A stretch of 64,000 nucleotides of DNA, from positions 124,001 to 188,000 of the IMG/VR virus record IMGVR_UViG_3300020471_000004; one strand, given 5' to 3'. Positions 36,454-45,595 of the stretch are shown piece by piece. The notes below the pieces were generated by a model that worked only from the letters and a program-made list of their open reading frames with translations, was not told the DNA's origin and made no database searches. Positions within the stretch are counted from its first letter, which is position 1. Every line of letters begins with the position of its first letter. The position numbers and the translations under genes are program-made.

Positions 36454-36970
36454 TATAGGTAAAACAGAATACGATTCTTTTGCTTTGATTTTCATTGAAT
36501 CGATTTATCAACCGATAAACTTAGCAAGCGAGTCAGGGTGGTACAAGCTACCTTGCATAGTTAATCAAGAGGCTCAGACTATAGTGGCACTGAGTACCCA
36601 AAGTCTATTCACTTCTCGCATAACTATCACTAGTGACCGTTTTATTAGGAAGTGGCCCAGTGCTTTACCCCTGGTAGGAAAGCAAATACTGCCGCCTACT
36701 TTTGAAGAGCTTGAAACTAAAGCGGTTGAAGTAAAACAAGAGCATGTTCCTTTTATGTTCAAACAAGGCTCACCTAGCCAATTAGGGTTTACTGATGTTG
36801 AATATAAGCAATTGTGGTCAGGTAAGATATACGAGACACCTACTGCACCTTTTGCAGACCTTTACAAACTGTTTAGAGACATTACTGTTAAGGCATGTCC
36901 TGATTTGTTCAAACAAGGTACTCCCTTAGATGCAGATGCTGATGACGGTTCAGGTTGCTCTACTTGCTAA
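36443..36970 (+). CDS. Hypothetical protein
   Basis: 175 aa; TTG start; C-terminal GCSTC. Confidence 0.65.
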   Translation: MNSDIGKTEYDSFALIFIESIYQPINLASESGWYKLPCIVNQEAQTIVALSTQSLFTSRITITSDRFIRKWPSALPLVGKQILPPTFEELETKAVEVKQEHVPFMFKQGSPSQLGFTDVEYKQLWSGKIYETPTAPFADLYKLFRDITVKACPDLFKQGTPLDADADDGSGCSTC

Positions 36971-37027
36971 CTTTATTAAGTCGGTACAAAACAGACTATA
37001 AACTTATACGTGTGTTTGTGTTATAAT
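36968..37027 (+). promoter_or_regulatory. Class-I promoter upstream of topoisomerase A
   Basis: TAACTTTATTAAGTCGGTACAAAA 36968-36991, 30 nt, TGT-TATAAT 37022-37027. Confidence 0.8.
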
Positions 37028-37064
37028 ATGCGTTCTCAAAAACAACAACTAATAAGGGTTCTTA

Positions 37065-38672
37065 ATGAGAAAGAGAAAAGCTTCCTCAGATTCAGAAGAT
37101 ACCAAACGCCGTCTGGTGCGCAGACGAAAAACAGGCGTTACAAAATCTAAAACAAAAAAGAAATCTTTAGGTAAGCTTGCACAGAAAGCCGCTAAGCCTG
37201 ATTACAACACAAACATCGAAGGTGCAGATGAAATTACCTTGGATGATTTTGCTGGTGCAAGTCTTACACACTACGGATCATATGTTGTAGAAGAACGTGC
37301 TGTACCTGATTACCGCGATGGTCTTAAACCTGTTCACAGATACATACTTTGGGCAATGCATGACCTAGGTATCAATTCTAGATCAGGTTACAAAAAGTCA
37401 GCTCGTACTATTGGTGATGTTCTTGGTAAGTATCACCCGCATGGTGACCAGTCTGCTTACGGTGCTATGTCTACTCTTGTTAACTACAAGTTGAATCCTC
37501 AACTTGTTCAAGGTCAAGGTAACTGGGGTACTCCTGTAGACCCTCATGCTGCAATGCGTTATACCGAGGCCCGATTAAGTGCGTTCAGTGATATTTTCTT
37601 GCTAGATAAGCACTACTTGAAAACTGTTCCTAAAATCGATAACTTTGACCAAACTTTAAAGGTACCGCTGTATTTGCCTGCTACGTTACCTACACTTATG
37701 ATAACAGGTAGCTCTGGAATCGGTTTTGGTATAGCTTCATCGAATCCTCCGTTTGACGTAGACGGTGTGTACAAGATGGCTGTAAGTAGCTTGAAGGCGT
37801 TTGCTGCTAAAAAGAAAGTTACTTATAAAACCTGCATGAAGAACCTGACTATTGATTATGGTTTCGGGTGTACGCAGGTTAGTGGTGATGATGAAATGGA
37901 AGACCTGTTCAAGACAGGTAAAGCTTCTATTAAATTTGTACCTGAAATAAAAGTTGACCCCAAGACCAAGACTATCGAGATAGTTTCATTCGCGCCTGGC
38001 TTTAGAAGTGTAAGTGGTATACAGAAAAAGCTAGACAAGATTGCAGGCTGGGACGGTGTTAGCAGAGCTGGTGACAACTCAGGTGCTAAAAACAAAAAAG
38101 CAGGAAAGCTAGGTGCATATTATTATGTAACTGCTTCGCGTGGAACATCTGAGCAGGCTTTGTATGACTTGGCTGACCGAGTATACAAGGAAGTTACAGG
38201 CTCTGAGAGTTACGATTTAGGATTTACTGTTCGTAACCATGAAGATCGTAACCAGTTTATAAAAAGCGGCTACCCTGCTTACTTTAATAACTGGGCCAAG
38301 TATCGATTCATACTTGAGCACAAAGCTATTGCTATACATATCGAAGAGCGAAAGGCAGCTATTGCCTTGCTTGAATTAAAAGTGTTGGCAGTAGACAAGC
38401 GTGATATAATTATGCAGGTTCTTAAATCTAAAACAAAGGACTTAGATGCTACGCTTGCTAAGAAACTAAGAATACCTCTTGAAGATGCCAAGACTATTCT
38501 GAACCTACAGACTAGACGACTAGCAGCTTTAGAGAAACCTCAACTTCTGGCAGAGATTAAAGACCTCAAGAGTCAGATACGAGAGTTACAAAAGGATGAT
38601 GCAAATCCTTTGAAACGAATCTTGCGAATCACCAAGGAACAGTATGATACGTACCGCAAGCGTATCAAATAA
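37065..38672 (+). CDS. gyrA: Type IIA DNA topoisomerase subunit A (GyrA/ParC-like), lacking the C-terminal beta-pinwheel
   Basis: RAVPDYRDGLKPVHR, KKSARTIGDVLGKYHPHGD, AAMRYTEARL (catalytic Y166); ends at 535 aa. Confidence 0.95.
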   Translation: MRKRKASSDSEDTKRRLVRRRKTGVTKSKTKKKSLGKLAQKAAKPDYNTNIEGADEITLDDFAGASLTHYGSYVVEERAVPDYRDGLKPVHRYILWAMHDLGINSRSGYKKSARTIGDVLGKYHPHGDQSAYGAMSTLVNYKLNPQLVQGQGNWGTPVDPHAAMRYTEARLSAFSDIFLLDKHYLKTVPKIDNFDQTLKVPLYLPATLPTLMITGSSGIGFGIASSNPPFDVDGVYKMAVSSLKAFAAKKKVTYKTCMKNLTIDYGFGCTQVSGDDEMEDLFKTGKASIKFVPEIKVDPKTKTIEIVSFAPGFRSVSGIQKKLDKIAGWDGVSRAGDNSGAKNKKAGKLGAYYYVTASRGTSEQALYDLADRVYKEVTGSESYDLGFTVRNHEDRNQFIKSGYPAYFNNWAKYRFILEHKAIAIHIEERKAAIALLELKVLAVDKRDIIMQVLKSKTKDLDATLAKKLRIPLEDAKTILNLQTRRLAALEKPQLLAEIKDLKSQIRELQKDDANPLKRILRITKEQYDTYRKRIK

Positions 38673-38694
38673 CCTGGATGGTTTGTAAGTGCGT

Positions 38695-38802
38695 GTTGCT
38701 GTAAAATGCGCTTCTAGATTCGGTAGCTGAAAATAGTAATTTAACTAGACTACGCTACCGAATCTGGTACAGCAACTATTTGCATTTTTGGGAATGTTCC
38801 CA
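38695..38802 (+). ncRNA. Long interrupted stem-loop (putative ncRNA or processing signal)
   Basis: GTTGCTGTA/TACAGCAAC enclosing AGATTCGGTAGC/GCTACCGAATCT; downstream TGGGA/TCCCA hairpin. Confidence 0.4.
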
Positions 38803-38836
38803 TTTAAGCCTTTTTGGCTTTTAAGGATATAAAAAT

Positions 38837-40195
38837 ATGACAAAGCAATTGGCAACAAGCCTAGACTCTATCGAGTCTGCGGCCCTTTCTATATTTACCT
38901 CTTTGAAAAGATCTGGTTCTGCTTTAGACCGTAACCAGTTTTGTAAGAACCTTGATAATCTTACAACGCTTGTGGATTCGGCTTTAGGAATCAAAGACAG
39001 ATCTAAACCTCGTGGCACCAAAGCGACACTTACTTATATCCGTAACTCTGTGGACTCTGTTTCACAAGGGATAAAAGATCGCGACCTCAATGTAACCGAA
39101 ACTCGTAGCATATTCTTCACCAAGATAATGCCTCGTGTTAAGACTATAAATGACATTTCCTCTAAAATAAAGAACCGTGCTAGCGAGCAGGAGTTAGTTG
39201 AAAAAACAGCTAACGAAGCCTGGTCTACAGCAACTAAAGGTTCTAAAGGCAGTCAACTTGCAGAAGCTCTTGAGTATGCAAAAGAGGCTACCGAAGCTAG
39301 ACAAGAAGCTCTTGAAAAAGCTTCCCAAGAGATTGAGCTGTCAGCTATGGCTGCCGGTTCACAAAAACTCCGAGATTATTCGGTTCACTCCAAAAAATTC
39401 CTTTCACCTAAAGGCAAAGAATACAAACGTATACTTGAAACAGGGTCTTGTTTACCTGTTCAATCACCTGTGTTTGTATCCTTTTCTCATGGTCGTTTGC
39501 GTGAAACTTCTGTACTGGACGAATTAGGTTTCAAGTACAGTGTTGTTAGTTCACGGGATTCTGACCATGCTGATGTAGCTCTCGTCTTAGAAGATCAAAT
39601 TCTATTACAATTCAGTAAACGTAATGCCCTTATTTACTTTGAAAATCTGGTTGAACAGATGCGTAAAAACATTCGGTCTTCGGATGATAGCAAAACCTGT
39701 AGGCAAAAAAGAAAGCAACTTAAAAGCCTTGAACAAAAGCAGGAGCGTTTATCTAGCCAGTTAAGAAAAGAAAAATTAAACAAAAGCACAGGTGCGACCA
39801 TCCAAAGTCTATTAGACAGAACGCTTGTGCAAGTCGAAGAGACCCAGGCAGATATTGCCAAACTAGAGGAGAATTTAAAACGTAAACGGCACGAAATAAC
39901 GGTACTCAAAAGGGAAGTGTTTCGTAAGTCTACATTGTTAAACAGTGAAGGAAAGCCTAAAGTATTGTTGAAACCTAAAGCTTACGAGCAGTATCTAGGA
40001 TACATACTTAATCAGTTTCACGAAAAAGGTCATCACTATTCAATGCTTTCTAGTCAGTTTGAAACGCATTCGGATATTGCTGATATACAGATAGCGTGGC
40101 TGGTTCACAGTGACGTAGCTGATGTGGTTCGTTCATTATACGGCGACACCAACATAGTTACTAACTGGGGATTTCCTTGGAAACAACATGTCTAA
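38837..40195 (+). CDS. Coiled-coil hypothetical protein
   Basis: 452 aa; heptad stretches; AAGGA RBS. Confidence 0.8.
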   Translation: MTKQLATSLDSIESAALSIFTSLKRSGSALDRNQFCKNLDNLTTLVDSALGIKDRSKPRGTKATLTYIRNSVDSVSQGIKDRDLNVTETRSIFFTKIMPRVKTINDISSKIKNRASEQELVEKTANEAWSTATKGSKGSQLAEALEYAKEATEARQEALEKASQEIELSAMAAGSQKLRDYSVHSKKFLSPKGKEYKRILETGSCLPVQSPVFVSFSHGRLRETSVLDELGFKYSVVSSRDSDHADVALVLEDQILLQFSKRNALIYFENLVEQMRKNIRSSDDSKTCRQKRKQLKSLEQKQERLSSQLRKEKLNKSTGATIQSLLDRTLVQVEETQADIAKLEENLKRKRHEITVLKREVFRKSTLLNSEGKPKVLLKPKAYEQYLGYILNQFHEKGHHYSMLSSQFETHSDIADIQIAWLVHSDVADVVRSLYGDTNIVTNWGFPWKQHV

Positions 40196-40775
40196 AAACA
40201 AAGCTAGTGAAAATAAACTCCCGCCTGAGGAGAACGGGGAGTTCACTAGATGCTGTATATGTTTTGGATGGACGCGAAACATCCACTGGCATCATACAGT
40301 ACCTCAAGCTTTAGGTGGAAAGGAAAGCTTGCAGATACCGATAGACGGGAATTGTCATACGACCTTACACGCAAAATCAGAAGCTGTCGTATCGTACTTA
40401 AAAGGAAATCGGACTGAACCACCTGGGAGATTTTGGGATAAGTGGGAATCAGAGCAAAGGGCTGAACCTTACCTACAGATATTAGTTCAAGCTATGTTAG
40501 ATCCTCCCGTAGAGGACGGCGATAAAAAAATTAAGCTTGGGCAACTTGAGGTAGACCTAGTTACAAGGGAACTATTAACAAGACTTAAACTAGATTTGCC
40601 TGGTGTTACTAATATCACCCAAACGTTACATTACTGCATACAATATACATTACAAAATCAAGGGTACAAACATGAAACTGATCACAACAAATCTACCGGT
40701 AAAAGAGATAGTAACAGGTCACCTAACTTGCGGTGGGTGCGCGGGACTAAACGTAGAAAATCTAGTCGGCGGTAA
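40188..40775 (+). CDS. HNH endonuclease-family protein
   Basis: CCIC...HWHHTVPQALGG...DGNCHTTLH. Confidence 0.75.
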   Translation: MSKNKASENKLPPEENGEFTRCCICFGWTRNIHWHHTVPQALGGKESLQIPIDGNCHTTLHAKSEAVVSYLKGNRTEPPGRFWDKWESEQRAEPYLQILVQAMLDPPVEDGDKKIKLGQLEVDLVTRELLTRLKLDLPGVTNITQTLHYCIQYTLQNQGYKHETDHNKSTGKRDSNRSPNLRWVRGTKRRKSSRR

Positions 40776-41553
40776 AGATTTAAAAAGTTGTTCAGAGTTA
40801 GGTAAACTGGAGACCTCTAAAGCGTGTCCGAAGTTCCAGCAAGACCCTACACAAATCAGAGACTTATTGAGCGAAGACTTTGAAGATGGTGTTCGAGAGA
40901 TTGCTGACGTTATGAAGCAGATGAATCCTCGGCAACTTAAAGCAATGGCAGGCATGTTCTTGAATGAAGTACGAACGAGAAAGAGTAAGTTTTTTGCCTG
41001 GCAACCTGTTATTGTTAGATTCAGAGGAACCGCTAGTTCAAACTATATGTCAAACTTTATGACTGCGCGTGTGGTGAACGCGGATAAAGATACAGTACGT
41101 TTAACAAGTGACGATGGTAAAACAGTTCTGCGTTATGAAAATACAGGCGATACAGGCCCTAGTATTTATAGCGTGGCAAACTTTGCACCGTTAAAAGAAA
41201 CGATGATTGAGAAAGGCAAACGCGTTGACCCTAGTGACAGAGCAACACCTAAACGTTTGCGTCCTCTTGATCATAAAGATGTAGACTTCGAGCTTAACAC
41301 CGATGGTTTAAACGGCCACGTATCAAGCATTGGTAAAGTTGTTAAGTCTAACAAAGTTGCAAGGCGCGCCAAGAACGATAGCAACTTATTCGACCTTACT
41401 AAAATCGCACAGCAGATTGACGGCGGTACTGCTAACTACATGGTGCAAGATGAAGACTCTGGTGAGTATCAAATTGCAGCAAACAAGTATACAAAAGGCG
41501 TCAAGCGTAGACGCAAAGGAAGCAGTGAGGTTGAACTAGGGGACTTCGAATAA
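40672..41553 (+). CDS. Hypothetical protein with N-terminal Cys cluster
   Basis: AAGGG before ATG 40672; CGGC...C...CPKF; basic C-terminus. Confidence 0.75.
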   Translation: MKLITTNLPVKEIVTGHLTCGGCAGLNVENLVGGKDLKSCSELGKLETSKACPKFQQDPTQIRDLLSEDFEDGVREIADVMKQMNPRQLKAMAGMFLNEVRTRKSKFFAWQPVIVRFRGTASSNYMSNFMTARVVNADKDTVRLTSDDGKTVLRYENTGDTGPSIYSVANFAPLKETMIEKGKRVDPSDRATPKRLRPLDHKDVDFELNTDGLNGHVSSIGKVVKSNKVARRAKNDSNLFDLTKIAQQIDGGTANYMVQDEDSGEYQIAANKYTKGVKRRRKGSSEVELGDFE

Positions 41554-41555
41554 AA

Positions 41556-42713
41556 ATGACTCACTACAAAAGCTTATTTGATCACATATCGGATTTGCTG
41601 GAGCTTAAACCTAGAACGCCTGAGTTTTATCAGGCGTTTGTATTCACTCTTGAGCATGTGTGTTTACAAACCTCTATAAAAGAGTTCCACGATAACTTAT
41701 CTACTGTGGTCAATTTCAAAAAATTAAAAAGTGGTCTTACAGCAAGCAAGTTCAGATTAACAATCTCTAAATCAGGTTACGTTATTTTACGCTTGCGTTT
41801 TTATTCTGTTTATATGTGTTTAACACGAGGGGCATCATCTGAGGATTTTGATTATTGGCAACACCAGTATTCAATTGATAGGAAGGACAGAGTTTTATTA
41901 GAGCGCTTACATAAACAGCGTTTTAGCGGACCTAGTCTTAAAACAAAAGTAGGTAAAAAATTCAAGCAGAAAGAGATGTTTAGTGCTGCTTCGGTAGAGA
42001 ATGTTATAACAGAGTTCGGCATAATGCTGCCTGATGTTAAACGCTTTATCAAGATGGTAATAAACAAACGTCTTCGGTTTATTCTGCGCACCTACAATAT
42101 GACTAGGGACGAGTTTATCAGTGAACTAATGTTTAGTGCGGTAAAAGCACATTACAAATCTAAGCCTAATGATTACACCCTAGAGAAATCTACTAACATA
42201 GTTAGAAGAAGTATCGATAACGCGGCGGTAAATATCATTAACGCTTATACCACTACTAAGCGTGAGCGCCTTATAAACGAAGGACAAGATTCACAAGGAC
42301 ATAACGTCTTTACTCTTAGAGTTGTTTCTGAGAATCAGATGCGCTTAAAGGATATGTCAGGCGAAGACCTAGATTTATCTTACGATAGCATGTTCAGTTC
42401 TGCTTTAAGAATTAAAGAAGAAAAATTAAAAGACATTAATTTTAGTGTTGACCAGCTTATCAGAAAGTTCGGGTATCGCTCTAGAAGAGGACGCCTGTTA
42501 ACCGCTTTCTTTAAGCAGGATTGTGTGCGTTTCAACCGGTGGTTAGTGAATAACAAATACCTAAGAAGCGAAACAAAAACAACACAAGAATTTATGGATT
42601 CGAAAACCAGGGAAGAATTTATTAAAATTCTCGCAGTGTATCTGGATACTACGCCTGAGCAAATTAAAGACAAAGCGTTACCGAGTATGGCTAAGGCACT
42701 TGCGCTAATATAA
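41556..42713 (+). CDS. Putative divergent sigma70-like transcription factor
   Basis: Region-2-like TRDEFISELMFSAVKAH...IVRRSIDNAAVNIINAY; C-terminal HTH-like TREEFIKILAVYLDTTPEQIK. Confidence 0.45.
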   Translation: MTHYKSLFDHISDLLELKPRTPEFYQAFVFTLEHVCLQTSIKEFHDNLSTVVNFKKLKSGLTASKFRLTISKSGYVILRLRFYSVYMCLTRGASSEDFDYWQHQYSIDRKDRVLLERLHKQRFSGPSLKTKVGKKFKQKEMFSAASVENVITEFGIMLPDVKRFIKMVINKRLRFILRTYNMTRDEFISELMFSAVKAHYKSKPNDYTLEKSTNIVRRSIDNAAVNIINAYTTTKRERLINEGQDSQGHNVFTLRVVSENQMRLKDMSGEDLDLSYDSMFSSALRIKEEKLKDINFSVDQLIRKFGYRSRRGRLLTAFFKQDCVRFNRWLVNNKYLRSETKTTQEFMDSKTREEFIKILAVYLDTTPEQIKDKALPSMAKALALI

Positions 42714-42723
42714 AGGAAAGACA

Positions 42724-43197
42724 ATGACTACTGAAATGCTTGCAGAAAAACCACGACCGAGTATACTTTACCCCCATCAACTAGAGGCTCTTTTCTTTTT
42801 AACGTTAGATGAACCTTTAGTTGCGTCTGATCTTCCGAGCCCAGGTCGGCGTTCGGAAGACACTACTGACCCTAAAATTGCTCAAGCAAGACTTTGTTTG
42901 TGGATGACGTATCACCTTATCAAGAATGATACCACTAACTCTATTGCTGATACTAAAATCATTTGGTGGATAAAAAGAAACTACCATATGGAAAGTAGTA
43001 TGATTGTAGCCTGTTTAAAAGGTTTAGAGTCAATCTTTGAGTGCGTTAAATCATTCAGCTACAACAACGATAAAAAGTGTAAAACAAGGTATACTGTTAA
43101 TCGTTGTGATTCTTCTAACTTCGACTTATGGTGTGAAGATTTCGAGAAGAAGAACAAGAATATACTCTTTGTTAAGAGTAAGCTGGTAGCGAAATAG
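42724..43197 (+). CDS. Hypothetical protein upstream of the helicase
   Basis: 157 aa; AAGGA RBS. Confidence 0.7.
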   Translation: MTTEMLAEKPRPSILYPHQLEALFFLTLDEPLVASDLPSPGRRSEDTTDPKIAQARLCLWMTYHLIKNDTTNSIADTKIIWWIKRNYHMESSMIVACLKGLESIFECVKSFSYNNDKKCKTRYTVNRCDSSNFDLWCEDFEKKNKNILFVKSKLVAK

Positions 43198-43203
43198 GTA
43201 ACT

Positions 43204-44736
43204 ATGGAAATAAACTCTATTGATGCAGAATTGCAGTTTTTAAAGACTGTAACAAATACTAAAATACCAAAGCAGAAGCGTTTAGAGTTTTTAGGTAAAG
43301 TAAACATACATACTTTTCACCATGAATATACGCAACAGGCGTACAAGCGAATACTTAGCTTGGTTCAGAACCGAAATCATTTACTTGATTGGGGTGAGTT
43401 AAAAACTGACCAAGCTATGGATCGCGATGCTCGTGACCTGTTTGAAGATACAGAAGTACGCTCTGCTAAAGGTGCAAAAAGCGTTCAAAAGCTTATTGAA
43501 GACCTAGACGAATTTCGTAAACGCAGACAGGTATTCGAGTTAATATCTGAAAGTGCTTCAAGTTTTGACCAAGACAAAATCGATATTGATCAAGTACTGG
43601 ATAACATCCGTAATAATATCGGAAAGATTGAAGCAAACACTATCGAAGAAGAGACTATGTGGACGTTCGGTGTTGATGATAACGCCGACGAAATCATAGA
43701 CCGTATTATCAATAACCCTAGTGAAGAGCTGTACAAAACAGGCTTCAAGGAATATGATGAACGTAACGGCGGTCTTCCTACTACTGGTGTAATGATTATG
43801 GCAGCTACCACCTCTGGTGGTAAGTCTGCCGTTTCAATGAACTTGGAAAAGAACTTGGCAGTCCTTAACCCTAACATGAGTGCTACTAAAGTTACTCTAG
43901 AAATGAGTGAGGAACAGGAAGGTAAGCGTGTTGCTTCTATGGTATCAGGTGTACCCCTAGCTAAATTCAAACGTAACCAGTTGTCTGATCGTGAAATCAA
44001 AAAGATTAAAAACGATATGGATGCCTGGCGTAAACAGCTTAGAGCGAATAACAGCCGATTCAGTTATGTGTCTGGTAAAAAGTCTCGTACTATAGACCAG
44101 TTACTTGCTTGGCTTATTCCTTATGCTTTCAAAGTAATAATCATTGACTATATATCTTTGTTAGAAGGTGTTGATGATGATAACCAATGGCGTATGCTTA
44201 GTGCTATTGCTCGTAAGTGTAAGGTATTCGGCGCAGAGCACAATTGCTTGGTAATACTGCTTGCACAGCTGGACACAGAGTCTAGTAAGTTACGTTACTC
44301 TAAAGGTATTAAAGAACACGCGGACGTAATGTGGAAATGGAACTATGCAGATGAAGAGGTTCGTGCAACGCATATTATCAATATTCAAATCGACAAAGCC
44401 CGTGACGGAGAGCTGTTCGACATGCCTGTGCATGAAGACTTTGCCGTTATGCGGATCTCTGACGAAATCGATGACGAATCGAAACAAGCCTATGAAGAGC
44501 TTAAAAATAGTCGCAACAAGCGCAAGAAGAAAAAAGATTCCCAAGACGGGGACAGCGGGCGAGACGAGCGTTCTGAAAGAGGCAATAAGCGCCGTAAAAA
44601 TAGAGCGGAAGATGATTCCGATTCCAGACGTTCTAAGCGAAGATCAAAAAATAGAGATAGAGAAGAATCTGAAACAAGCTCTAGATCTTCACGTAGAAAG
44701 AAATCTTCGTCAAACGATGACTTGATATTAGGTTAA
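43204..44736 (+). CDS. dnaB: DnaB-like replicative helicase with charged C-terminal tail
   Basis: Walker A ATTSGGKS, TLEM, Walker B IIIDYI, LAQL, RYSKGIKEHAD, IDKARDG. Confidence 0.9.
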   Translation: MEINSIDAELQFLKTVTNTKIPKQKRLEFLGKVNIHTFHHEYTQQAYKRILSLVQNRNHLLDWGELKTDQAMDRDARDLFEDTEVRSAKGAKSVQKLIEDLDEFRKRRQVFELISESASSFDQDKIDIDQVLDNIRNNIGKIEANTIEEETMWTFGVDDNADEIIDRIINNPSEELYKTGFKEYDERNGGLPTTGVMIMAATTSGGKSAVSMNLEKNLAVLNPNMSATKVTLEMSEEQEGKRVASMVSGVPLAKFKRNQLSDREIKKIKNDMDAWRKQLRANNSRFSYVSGKKSRTIDQLLAWLIPYAFKVIIIDYISLLEGVDDDNQWRMLSAIARKCKVFGAEHNCLVILLAQLDTESSKLRYSKGIKEHADVMWKWNYADEEVRATHIINIQIDKARDGELFDMPVHEDFAVMRISDEIDDESKQAYEELKNSRNKRKKKKDSQDGDSGRDERSERGNKRRKNRAEDDSDSRRSKRRSKNRDREESETSSRSSRRKKSSSNDDLILG

Positions 44737-44737
44737 T

Positions 44738-45595
44738 ATGGACGACAATAATCCTTACGGCTACCTACAAGAAGACGGTCCTTTAAAAGACGTTCCGTAT
44801 AGTGTGATACATCGCTTTATACAGAGTCGTCCTCCTGGGTTCCTTGAAATGAACACTGTTCCTAAAGGCATGGACAATACTGTTTCTTACGTAGATGCAT
44901 TGCCAGTCATCGTAGAAGACAATGCTGTTGTGTACGTTGACGAACAAAACAAAAAGCTAATAGAAGGCCTCTTAGCAAACAGTACTCCTAAAGAAGACGC
45001 TTATCTTAATCTTAATGAGATACGCAGTCGTATAGAGACTCGCAAGTCTACTCACCAAAGATCTAGCATAGCACCTAAGCCTAGTTCTTTGAGGGAGGAG
45101 TCACCTAACGACACCGCGGTAGAGAACGTTATACCTATAGAGAAGTCTGACGTTCAAAAAAGCTTTGATGCTACCGAGATACTAAGCAAACAAATGGGAG
45201 ACCTAAGCGTAGAGCATTTGAACCTTATACTTAGCTTTGACAATGCTTCTAGTTATCTAGAGGCATTTGCTAAGGATGCTTTAGGCATTCAAGGTGAAAT
45301 AAGCGTAGACGAGCATCCTTTTAATTTCATTAGACAGATGTGTAGTGTGAACCTAGTAAGTTCCTACGCAGATAAACTAGCTATGCCTGATGAATACAAA
45401 AAGTACTTTATGGAAAAGACCATAGACTACTTTGCAGGACTAGCTCAACGTGAATCCGATGCTGCTTTAAAGATGGAACTTCTACGCCGCACAAACAATT
45501 CCCAACGGTCTAAAGGTACAGTGAGTTCAGAACGATATGACGATACCGAAACACCTAGTTCCGCACACGGTGCTATTGTAAAGCGTAATAAATGA
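44738..45595 (+). CDS. Hypothetical protein upstream of terL
   Basis: 285 aa; ATGA overlap with terL. Confidence 0.75.
   Translation: MDDNNPYGYLQEDGPLKDVPYSVIHRFIQSRPPGFLEMNTVPKGMDNTVSYVDALPVIVEDNAVVYVDEQNKKLIEGLLANSTPKEDAYLNLNEIRSRIETRKSTHQRSSIAPKPSSLREESPNDTAVENVIPIEKSDVQKSFDATEILSKQMGDLSVEHLNLILSFDNASSYLEAFAKDALGIQGEISVDEHPFNFIRQMCSVNLVSSYADKLAMPDEYKKYFMEKTIDYFAGLAQRESDAALKMELLRRTNNSQRSKGTVSSERYDDTETPSSAHGAIVKRNK

Noticed and set aside
35975-37064. Possible intron or intein splitting the topoisomerase
   Set aside because: GyrB ends with its normal C-terminal motifs, GyrA has its own promoter and start, and no splice or homing motifs were seen; none were seen in DnaB or TerL either
40662-40671. 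GGGTACAAAC as an eleventh class-I promoter
   Set aside because: It serves as the RBS region of ORF 40672; no upstream TAACTTT box and no -10 at 29-31 nt
44738-45595. Terminase small subunit call
   Set aside because: Only its position upstream of terL supports this; no recognisable HTH or oligomerisation motif
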